Shown here one piece after another: positions 26,003 to 33,251 of a DNA stretch of 33,251 bases. The stretch is from an uncultured beta proteobacterium. GTDB lineage: Bacteria; Pseudomonadota; Gammaproteobacteria; Burkholderiales; Burkholderiaceae_C. Both the position numbers and the translations under genes were made by a program. The notes below the pieces were generated by a model. The model was not told the DNA's origin and searched no databases. It worked only from the letters and a program-made list of their open reading frames with translations. Location: the NCBI GenBank assembly GCA_903928325.1, contig CAIYQF010000289.1, positions 1-33,251 on the forward strand. Direction: 5' to 3'. Numbering within the stretch: the stretch's first letter is position 1; the number at the start of each line of letters is the position of its first letter.

Positions 26003-26938
26003 CTATTTGATGTAGTTAAACAGGCTGAGCTGCGATATTTTCCCGAAGCTGTCTTGCGCGGCTTGCAATGACAGCATTTGCTGCTGCATTTTGGTAATTG
26101 CGCTGGCGTAGTCCAGGTCTTCAATGCCCGATAAAGCCGTCTGCAGGTTGAGCTTGGTGCTGTCGAGTGCCGTGCCTTGTTGCTGTACGACCTGGCTGTC
26201 GCTGCCGCTTTCGGACCGCGCCAAGACGACACCTTGCTGCAAGCTGCCCATTTCGGTGATACCGCGTTGGATGGCCGCCGTGTCTGGCGCTGCCACACCC
26301 TTGGTCCACACGCCGGCCACCAGATCGTCAATGGATTGAAAAAAGCCCACACCCGTCGCGCCGCTACCGTTGTCGCGCACCACGCTGACAAAGGCGCTCG
26401 TGCCTGGGCGGTTGGTATTGATCGTGAGTTGCTCACCCACGGCCACGCGGGTGCGTGACTGGTCGCCTTGGTAGACCACGGAGCCGTCGCTTTGGCTTGC
26501 AAATGCCTGGGTACGGGTGCGGCTGCCAGAAAATATGAAATTGCCGCTCGTGCTTTGGCTGTTGGCCAAGCTCAAAAGCTGGTTGCGCAGGCCCTTCATC
26601 TCGCCGGCTATCGCTTGGCGGCTGGTGTCGCTTTGGGTTCCGCTATTGGCTTGGATGGCAAGTTCTTTGAGGCGCGTAAGAACATCATTGGCATTGCCCA
26701 GAATTGTGTCTTCATTGTCCAGGTTGGTTTGTACCGAGTCCAGGGTGGCGGAGTAGCTGTCCTGCCGCGCAATGACAGACTTGAGGCGGGTAATGGCCGC
26801 GGCCTGGTCGGGGGCATCGCTGGGGTTAAGTACTTGCTTGCGCGCTGCAATTTGTGCCTGGGACTTGGCCAAGTCGTTTTGCACATTGTTCATTTGTGTG
26901 CTGGAGCGCTCAAACAACAGGTTGGTGGATATTTGCAT
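26003..26938 (-). CDS. flgL: Flagellar hook-associated protein 3
   Basis: MQISTN, PSDAP, RLKELAIQANSGT, LLSLANS...GNFIFSG, IEDLDYASAI and LSLFNYI. Confidence 0.95.
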   Translation of the reverse strand: MQISTNLLFERSSTQMNNVQNDLAKSQAQIAARKQVLNPSDAPDQAAAITRLKSVIARQDSYSATLDSVQTNLDNEDTILGNANDVLTRLKELAIQANSGTQSDTSRQAIAGEMKGLRNQLLSLANSQSTSGNFIFSGSRTRTQAFASQSDGSVVYQGDQSRTRVAVGEQLTINTNRPGTSAFVSVVRDNGSGATGVGFFQSIDDLVAGVWTKGVAAPDTAAIQRGITEMGSLQQGVVLARSESGSDSQVVQQQGTALDSTKLNLQTALSGIEDLDYASAITKMQQQMLSLQAAQDSFGKISQLSLFNYIK

Positions 26939-26953
26939 GGTGCGCCCTGTTAA

Positions 26954-29900
26954 TTAGTGAACTTGCAGCATGCTGTCAAACAGGGCCTGGGCCACGCTCA
27001 GCACTTTTGCAGCGGATTGGTAAGCCTGCTGGAAGCGGATCAGGTCTGCCGCCTCTTTGTCCAGGCTCACGCCAGAGAGTTGGTCGTGTGCGGTGACCGC
27101 CTGGTCGTGCACCACGGTGAGCGCGGTTTGTGAAATGGTGGCTTGGCGGGCAATATTGCCCATTTCGTTGACCTGGTCGATGTAAGCGTTGGAGAGCGTT
27201 TTTCCGCCCACCACGTTCTTGTTTTCCAGTGCAACCATGGCCAGCATATTGTCATTGTTGCCAATGCCGTCCTTGTTGCCGTCCAAGCCAAATGTGTCGC
27301 CCGACTTCGGGGGCGCGGTAAAGGACAGGTTCAAACCCTGGTAGCTGATTCCGGGGTCCAGCACCGTCGGGTCCAGGGTGCGCTGTGCCAGCACGGTTCC
27401 GGTGTTGGTGTCGGTAATGGTGTAGGCCGTGTCGGACTGAAAGCTCACCTGCATGGGTTGTGAACGCAGCGCTTGCTTTGCGTCGATGGGCTTGCCGGCG
27501 TAGCTTGCCGAGACCGTGGCTATGCCGCCGCCGCTTACAAACACCAGCAAATCATCTTTGGCCGCACCGTTGATGAACGCGCCGGTCCTAAAGCCCAGCT
27601 TGGCCAGGTCGGACGGGCTGCCGTCCGGGGCCATACCGAGTTGAATGGGTTTGCTGATGGAGTTGCCATCTGCGTCTATGAGCGGCTGGGTGAGGCTGAT
27701 TTGGCCGCGGTAAACGCCGGGGTTCAGCCCCAGAACGTTGGTGGAATTGGACGCTGGGGCTGAGGTTGCGGCAATAGTGATGTCGCTGGCATCCGAGTTG
27801 GTCAGCAAGAACTGGCCGTCGGACGTGATGCGGGCGTTAAAGCTGCCCGATCCTGCGGTGTTAATGGCATTGGCCAAGCCCAGGGCGGTGGTGGCGTTGG
27901 ACGTGTCCACCGTGGTGCCGTTGATTACCAGCGGCATGCCAAATTTGAGTTGCGCCGGATCTAGGCGAATTTCGTTGCTTGCAGTGGCGGTCACACCAGT
28001 TTGCGTGGACACGGTGTTGAGCCAATCGGCCACGGCACCCGCCTGCAGCGTGCTGCCATCGGAGGGCGCGTCCAGCGCACCCAGTGTGACGCCGTTTAGG
28101 GTCAGGGTATTGGCTGCGATACCGCCGGCAATGGCCTGCAATCGGTCGCCTTGCAACAGGGCTGGTTTCGGGTTGTAGCTAGCGATCTTCTCGTTGCTGT
28201 CGTACACCGGCTGCATTTGTACTTGCGCCTGCGCACCGTAGAAAACGGCCATGCCTTTGTAGCTCAGGTCCGTGCCTTGGCTAAACGCCATGCCCGCACT
28301 GCTGCTCAAGGCCAAGGGCGTGCGTGCAGGTGTGGTGGGGTTGGACGTGATAAGCAACTTGGTGTTGTCGTTGGGGTCCAGGGCAATATCGGTGATGCCT
28401 GCCGCTACGGCCGCGTCGCCAGCCAGGATGCTGGCTTTGCCTGTTACCACCAATGCCGCAGTGTCCGCCGCTGTGTTACCCGTGGTGGAGTTGGGTATCT
28501 CCACGCCCAAAAAGCTTTGTGCGCCGGTGGCGGTGCCGGTGAGTTGCACTGACTGTTTGCCCGCATTGAGGTATTGGTCGCTGTAGGTGGCCCCGGCTGC
28601 GAAGCCGTTTTCTGGCGTCATGACGGCACCCAACAGCGCGCTGTCCGTGGCCATGGACTGGCCCAGTACCTGGCGCCCATCGCGGGTCAATACCTGGAGT
28701 TGCTGGCCGGGCTGCAAACTGTCGAGGTAGATGGCCACGTCTTGCATGCCGTTGGAAATGGTAGCTACGGCGGTTGCCGGTACGCTGCTGGACACACTGA
28801 TGGCGCGTGCGGCACTGGCGTTGTTGTTGTTGACCAGCGCCTGCTGCAAGGGCGGTTGGCCTGCAGGCGGGGCAGCGCCAGCGGGTGGATCGCTGAAGTT
28901 GACGCTTGCGTTGGTGCCGCTGGTGTTGCTGCTGCCCTGGATGACACGGAACTGGGCCGCTGCAGCCACCAACATGGGGTCTTGAAGTGCCAGGCCCATG
29001 CCGCCGGATGGTGAGGTGGCTTGGGGGTCAAACTTGAACAGGGCCTGGCCGGGGTTGCCGTAGCCATCGATTCCTTGCTGCTGAACGGCGTTACTTTCCT
29101 TGGCAAAGGTTTGTGCCAGGTTATCAAGCGCGCTGCGGGTGCTGCCCAATACCTGCTCGCGAAACGACATCAATCCGGCCAGGCTGCCGCTGGTGATGCC
29201 TGTGAGCGACATGGGTTTCCCGTAGGGGTCGTAGATGAGCGGTATTTTTGCGCTGCTCGGGTCATCAGGGCCAGCGCCAATATCCGTGGATTTGGTGCCG
29301 CTGACCACGACGTCTTGCGTAATCGACGCACCCAGGCTCACGGTGACGCTGCCGTTGGGCGTGAAGGACGTGGTGATGTGGGACAGACCCGAGAGCTGGC
29401 GCAGCAGCAGATCGCGCTGGTCCAGCAGGTCGGGCGACTGCTTGGCTTCGGTGGGTTGCTTGGTGAGTTGACCGTTGACCAAAGCGAGCTGCTTGGTCAG
29501 GGTATTCATTTGGGCAACCGTGTTGCTGACGGTGTCTTTGGTTTCGCTTTGTATCAGGTCCAGTTGCCCAGAGAGCTGTCCAAAGCGCTGCGCCACACCC
29601 TGGGCGTCGCGCACAAAGCTGCTGCGCAAAATGCTCGACGACGGGTCTACTGACAGTGCGCGCGCGGAGGTGAAATACTGGTCAAAAGCCGTGTTCAGGC
29701 CCATGGTGGCACCGCCCATAACGTCGATGACGCGGTTGGCATAGCTCACCATTGGTCCTTGGCTGGCCAGGTCGCTGTTGGTGTTGCGCAGGTTGGACTC
29801 GACAAATGCGTCGTACTGCCTCTGGATGTTGTCTACCGCAACGCCGGTGCCAAAAAACAAGCCGCCCGATTTTGCGACCGGCATGGCCGACAAGGTGACC

Positions 29901-30013
29901 GATTGGCGTGAATAGCCATCGGTGGCGACGTTGGCAATGTTGTTACTAACCGTGGAGAGCGCGCTTTGGTAGGCAATGACGGCATTGCCTGCGATGCCTG
30001 CGACATCACTCAT
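26954..30013 (-). CDS. flgK: Flagellar hook-associated protein 1 (large, 1019 aa)
   Basis: VSNNIANVATDGYSRQ, GTGV, DLLDQRDLLL and SGVSLDKEAADLIRFQQAYQSAAKV, with a long central insertion. Confidence 0.93.
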   Translation of the reverse strand: MSDVAGIAGNAVIAYQSALSTVSNNIANVATDGYSRQSVTLSAMPVAKSGGLFFGTGVAVDNIQRQYDAFVESNLRNTNSDLASQGPMVSYANRVIDVMGGATMGLNTAFDQYFTSARALSVDPSSSILRSSFVRDAQGVAQRFGQLSGQLDLIQSETKDTVSNTVAQMNTLTKQLALVNGQLTKQPTEAKQSPDLLDQRDLLLRQLSGLSHITTSFTPNGSVTVSLGASITQDVVVSGTKSTDIGAGPDDPSSAKIPLIYDPYGKPMSLTGITSGSLAGLMSFREQVLGSTRSALDNLAQTFAKESNAVQQQGIDGYGNPGQALFKFDPQATSPSGGMGLALQDPMLVAAAAQFRVIQGSSNTSGTNASVNFSDPPAGAAPPAGQPPLQQALVNNNNASAARAISVSSSVPATAVATISNGMQDVAIYLDSLQPGQQLQVLTRDGRQVLGQSMATDSALLGAVMTPENGFAAGATYSDQYLNAGKQSVQLTGTATGAQSFLGVEIPNSTTGNTAADTAALVVTGKASILAGDAAVAAGITDIALDPNDNTKLLITSNPTTPARTPLALSSSAGMAFSQGTDLSYKGMAVFYGAQAQVQMQPVYDSNEKIASYNPKPALLQGDRLQAIAGGIAANTLTLNGVTLGALDAPSDGSTLQAGAVADWLNTVSTQTGVTATASNEIRLDPAQLKFGMPLVINGTTVDTSNATTALGLANAINTAGSGSFNARITSDGQFLLTNSDASDITIAATSAPASNSTNVLGLNPGVYRGQISLTQPLIDADGNSISKPIQLGMAPDGSPSDLAKLGFRTGAFINGAAKDDLLVFVSGGGIATVSASYAGKPIDAKQALRSQPMQVSFQSDTAYTITDTNTGTVLAQRTLDPTVLDPGISYQGLNLSFTAPPKSGDTFGLDGNKDGIGNNDNMLAMVALENKNVVGGKTLSNAYIDQVNEMGNIARQATISQTALTVVHDQAVTAHDQLSGVSLDKEAADLIRFQQAYQSAAKVLSVAQALFDSMLQVH

Positions 30014-30546
30014 GGTGCGCTCCGGTCATCGGCGGCGGTTTGGGCCTGGGCTTGCAGCGGCGCAAAGCGCTGTTGGAGCGACATAGGTCCACCGGTGCGT
30101 GGCACAGGCAACGCAGCGGGCGGCGCTCCATTGATCGCCATGGCTTTGGCGGGCTCGGGCAGCAAGCTCATGCTGCGCGCTTGCAGTGCGCTGGCGGTGC
30201 TCACTGGCGCGCTGTTGCCGTCGGGCATGTGCTTGACCAGCATGTCGGCCAGGCCCAGGCTGTTGCGCTTGGCCATGGCCATGGAAACTTCTTTGTCAAA
30301 CATGCCTTCAAACGTGTCCTTGCCAGCGGACTCCACCAGGTCGCTCTTGGGCGTGGCGTCGCGCATGGTTTTCATCATCATTTGCAAAAACATGGCTTCG
30401 AACTGCTGCGCGGTTTCGCGCGTGGCCGCTTTGGCGTCGGTGCGTGCCTGGCCTTTGAGTTTGCCCAGGCCACCGAAATCGAGGTACGAGCCGGTCACGC
30501 CTGCGGAGGCAGCGGCCGGGGGGAGGGCGTTGGAGAGCGGGTCCAT
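30010..30546 (-). CDS. flgJ: Rod-capping protein FlgJ, rod-binding domain only
   Basis: AQQFEAMFLQMMMKTMRDA...FEGMFDKEVS...LGLADML. No glucosaminidase domain. Lies between flgI and flgK. Confidence 0.88.
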   Translation of the reverse strand: MDPLSNALPPAAASAGVTGSYLDFGGLGKLKGQARTDAKAATRETAQQFEAMFLQMMMKTMRDATPKSDLVESAGKDTFEGMFDKEVSMAMAKRNSLGLADMLVKHMPDGNSAPVSTASALQARSMSLLPEPAKAMAINGAPPAALPVPRTGGPMSLQQRFAPLQAQAQTAADDRSAP

Positions 30547-30578
30547 GGCAGTGCTAGGGGTGGTTTGTCTGGCTGGGT

Positions 30579-31718
30579 TTAGATCACCAGCAGCTCGGCG
30601 CGCAAGCTGCCCGAGCTTTTGAGCGCTTCGAGAATGGCAATCAGCGCCGAGGGCGTGGCGCCCACCTGGTTGACCGCGTCAACAATTTGGCGCAAGTCCA
30701 CACCGGGCTGGAACAGGAACATGGGTTTGTTGGGTTCGCTGACTTTGATGTCGGCGTTTTGCACTGCCGCAGTGGTGCCATTAGAGAGGGCGCCAGGCTG
30801 TGACACCTCGTTGGTCACCGCCACCGATACGCTGATGGTGCCGTGCGTCACTGCCGCTGCCGTAACCCGCACATTGCGGCTGATGACCACCGTGCCGGTG
30901 CGGGCGTTAATGACCACGCGCGCCGGTGGCTCGCCGGGCTGCACGTCGATGTTCTCAATCAGGCTCATGAAGGAGACGCGTTGGCTGGTGTCCATTGGCG
31001 CGCGCACGACGATGGACACGCTGTCCAGTGCCGTGGCCACGTCGGCGCCAAACTTGGTGTTTATCGCTTGGATGATGCTTGAGGCGGTGGTGAAGTCACC
31101 GTCGCGCAGGTTCAAAAGCACGTTGTCGGCTTTGTCAAAGGGGTTGTCCACGGCGCGCTCCACCGTGGCACCACCCGGAATGCGGGCCGACGTGGTCACT
31201 CCGACGGCCACCTTGGAGCCCGCGCCACCGGCGTCCACACCCGTGGCAGTGAGCGAGCCCTGGGCCAGCGCATAGACCTGGCCGTCCACACCGCGCAAGC
31301 TGGTGAGCAACAGGCTGCCGCCGCGCAAATTGGTTGCCTTGCCGATCGCTGACACATTGATATCAATACGCTGGCCGGGCTTGGACATGCCGGGCAGGTC
31401 GGCCGTAATCATGACAGCAGCGACGTTTTTTAGGTCAATTTTTCCGGTTCCGCTGGAGGTGCTTTCAAAATCGCTGAGCGGGTTTTCCTGGCTCACCCCC
31501 ATGCGGTTGAGCAGGGTCTTCATGCTTTGCGTGGTGAACGACAGGTCTGAACCGTCGCCCGTGCCTTGCAGGCCCACGATTAAGCCGTAGCCAATGAGCT
31601 GGTTGCCGCGCATGGCGGCCATGGTGGTGAGGTCTTTGATGCGGTCGGCGTGGGCCGCAGAAAACGGCAGCACCCACAGCAAACTGAGCAAGGACAGGGT
31701 GTGGAGAATTTTTTTCAT
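30579..31718 (-). CDS. flgI: Flagellar P-ring protein
   Basis: Signal peptide, then DRIKDL, NQLIGYGLIVGLQGTGD, KNVAAV, VYALAQG, ARVVINARTGTVV and GSLRAEL. Start is probably MKKIL at 31718. Confidence 0.96.
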   Translation of the reverse strand: MKKILHTLSLLSLLWVLPFSAAHADRIKDLTTMAAMRGNQLIGYGLIVGLQGTGDGSDLSFTTQSMKTLLNRMGVSQENPLSDFESTSSGTGKIDLKNVAAVMITADLPGMSKPGQRIDINVSAIGKATNLRGGSLLLTSLRGVDGQVYALAQGSLTATGVDAGGAGSKVAVGVTTSARIPGGATVERAVDNPFDKADNVLLNLRDGDFTTASSIIQAINTKFGADVATALDSVSIVVRAPMDTSQRVSFMSLIENIDVQPGEPPARVVINARTGTVVISRNVRVTAAAVTHGTISVSVAVTNEVSQPGALSNGTTAAVQNADIKVSEPNKPMFLFQPGVDLRQIVDAVNQVGATPSALIAILEALKSSGSLRAELLVI

Positions 31719-31739
31719 GCGGTGCACCGGGTGTGGCCC

Positions 31740-32396
31740 TTAAAAAGGCCAAAGTTTGAGCAGGCCGCTGGTAGCCCAGCCCGCGCGGCTGGCGGCAGCC
31801 ATGTCGCCGGTGCCGCGGTAGGTAATTTGCGCATTGGCCAGGCGGCGCGACTGCACCGTGCCGTTGGGGGCGATATCGTCCGGGCGCACGACGCCTGCGA
31901 CTTGGATGATTTCTGCGCCCTCGGTCAGCGCAAGTTGTTTCTCACCACGTAAGACCAGGTTCCCGTTGGTCATGACGTCAATCACCGACACGGCGATCGA
32001 GCCGGTCAGGCTGGCCGTTTGGTCGGCGGTGCCACTGCCTTCGTTTTTGATGGTTCCGCCCAGCAGGTTGGCAGCGGGCAACAAGCCTGCGCCCATGGCC
32101 GCCGGAATCACGTCGTTGCTGGAGGTGCGCTTGACCACACCGCTTTGGGTGCGACCGGCCTGGGTGGATTCATTGAGCAACACGGTAATCACGTCACCGA
32201 CCTGAAATGCGCGACCACGGCCAAAAAAGCTTTCGCTTTGCACACCGCTGTAGATGGCTCCGGTGACCTGGGCGGCTTGGCTTTGCGCAATCGGGTAGAC
32301 CGGGCGAAAGCCCTCGGAGTGCGTCAGCGGCTCGCGCGGTAAGACCGAGCAGGCACCCAAAGCCAGGGACAGGGCGGCGGTCAACAGGGTTTTCAT
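31740..32396 (-). CDS. flgH: Flagellar L-ring lipoprotein
   Basis: Lipobox LGAC, VGDVITVLLNE, NGNLVLRGEK, GVVRPDDI, SRRLANAQI and a C-terminal WPF. Confidence 0.95.
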   Translation of the reverse strand: MKTLLTAALSLALGACSVLPREPLTHSEGFRPVYPIAQSQAAQVTGAIYSGVQSESFFGRGRAFQVGDVITVLLNESTQAGRTQSGVVKRTSSNDVIPAAMGAGLLPAANLLGGTIKNEGSGTADQTASLTGSIAVSVIDVMTNGNLVLRGEKQLALTEGAEIIQVAGVVRPDDIAPNGTVQSRRLANAQITYRGTGDMAAASRAGWATSGLLKLWPF

Positions 32397-32408
32397 GGCC
32401 GTGCCTGC

Positions 32409-33194
32409 TTACATGTTTTGGTTGATGTACTTGAGCATGCCGTCCACGGCAGAGATGGCCTTGGAGTTGATCTCATAGGCGCGCTGGGTTTCGATCATGT
32501 TGACCATTTCTTCCACCACGTTCACGTTGGACGCTTCGAGCGTGCCTTGCATCAGGGTGCCGGCCCCTGCGGTGCCTGGCGCGATGACTTGCGGCACGCC
32601 GCTGGCAGGGGTTTGCAAGAGCAGGTTTTGGCCTGCGGACTGCAGACCGGCCGGATTTAAAAAGCGGGCGAGTTGGATTTGGCCCAGCACCTGCTGGCCC
32701 GCGCCGCCTTGCAGCTCCACCGACACGGTTCCATCGCGTCCGATGGTTACGCTGGCGGCAGTGGCCGGGATGGCAATCGAGGGTTGCAGCGGCGCGCCGT
32801 TGGATGTGACCAGCTGTCCGGTTGCCGACACTTTGAAGTTGCCGTCGCGCGTGTAGGCCGTGGTGCCATCGGCTTGCAGAATTTGGAAATGCCCTTCACC
32901 GGCAATGGCCAGGTCCAGCGGGTTTTGGCTGTTGACCATATTGCCCTGGGCGTGCAGTTTTTCGGTGGCCACCACGCGCACACCGGTGCCCAGCATCAGG
33001 CCGGTCGGGGCTTGGGTGCCCGCACCCGTCTGGCCACCGGCTTGGCGCACGTTTTGGTAGAGCAGGTCTTCAAATACCGCGCGGTCGCGCTTAAAGCCCG
33101 TGGTGTTCACGTTGGCCAGGTTATTGGAGATCACGTTCATGCGCGTTTGCTGCGCGTCGAGGCCCGTTTTGGCCACCCACATTGATGCGTCCAT
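32409..33194 (-). CDS. flgG: Flagellar distal rod protein
   Basis: AKTGLDAQQ, SNNLANVNTTGFK, FEDLLYQ, YTRDGNF and LEASNVNVVEEMVNMIETQRAYEINSK. AAGGAG ribosome-binding site upstream. Confidence 0.97.
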   Translation of the reverse strand: MDASMWVAKTGLDAQQTRMNVISNNLANVNTTGFKRDRAVFEDLLYQNVRQAGGQTGAGTQAPTGLMLGTGVRVVATEKLHAQGNMVNSQNPLDLAIAGEGHFQILQADGTTAYTRDGNFKVSATGQLVTSNGAPLQPSIAIPATAASVTIGRDGTVSVELQGGAGQQVLGQIQLARFLNPAGLQSAGQNLLLQTPASGVPQVIAPGTAGAGTLMQGTLEASNVNVVEEMVNMIETQRAYEINSKAISAVDGMLKYINQNM

Positions 33195-33230
33195 CGTCAG
33201 CTCCTTGGATTGTTAAGTTATGGCCTTACA

Positions 33231-33246
33231 CGCAAAGTCCGTGCCC
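33231..33246 (-). promoter_or_regulatory. Sigma54 -24/-12 promoter upstream of flgG
   Basis: Minus strand GGGCAC-GGACT-TTGCG (GG-N10-GC), ~36 nt upstream of the flgG ATG. Confidence 0.65.
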
Positions 33247-33251
33247 GAAAA

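Overview
The window has three blocks. (1) 1-4201, + strand: the 3' part of a very large Thr/Ala/Gln-rich repeat protein with a Ca-binding-type C-terminal module, followed directly by a TPR-containing GT41 (O-GlcNAc transferase/SPINDLY-like) glycosyltransferase. (2) 4198-22692: a visibly AT-richer carbohydrate biosynthesis and modification island. An 18-gene minus-strand run encodes a methyltransferase, GT2, a divergent GT9-like protein, GmhA-like isomerase, two SDR epimerases, a HAD-kinase fusion, a split transketolase, a 2OG-Fe(II) oxygenase with its 'sporadic carbohydrate cluster' partner, a radical SAM enzyme, three more methyltransferases, an RmlD-like reductase, a domain-reversed HldE-like enzyme and an HddC-like nucleotidyltransferase. 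It lies behind a consensus sigma54 promoter. A divergent GT-like gene and an FkbM methyltransferase follow on the + strand. (3) 22985-33251, minus strand: the flagellar genes flgG-H-I-J-K-L, fliD, flaG and fliC. There is a sigma54 promoter before flgG and sigma28 promoters before flaG and fliC, an oversized FlgK, a muramidase-less FlgJ and a minimal Ser/Thr-rich flagellin. The style suggests a betaproteobacterium (Comamonadaceae-like; inference only). The best candidate for an undescribed system is a sigma54-coupled protein glycosylation pathway that makes a heavily tailored heptose or higher-carbon sugar for flagellin and/or the giant repeat protein. All family calls come from motif recognition by eye; no searches were run.
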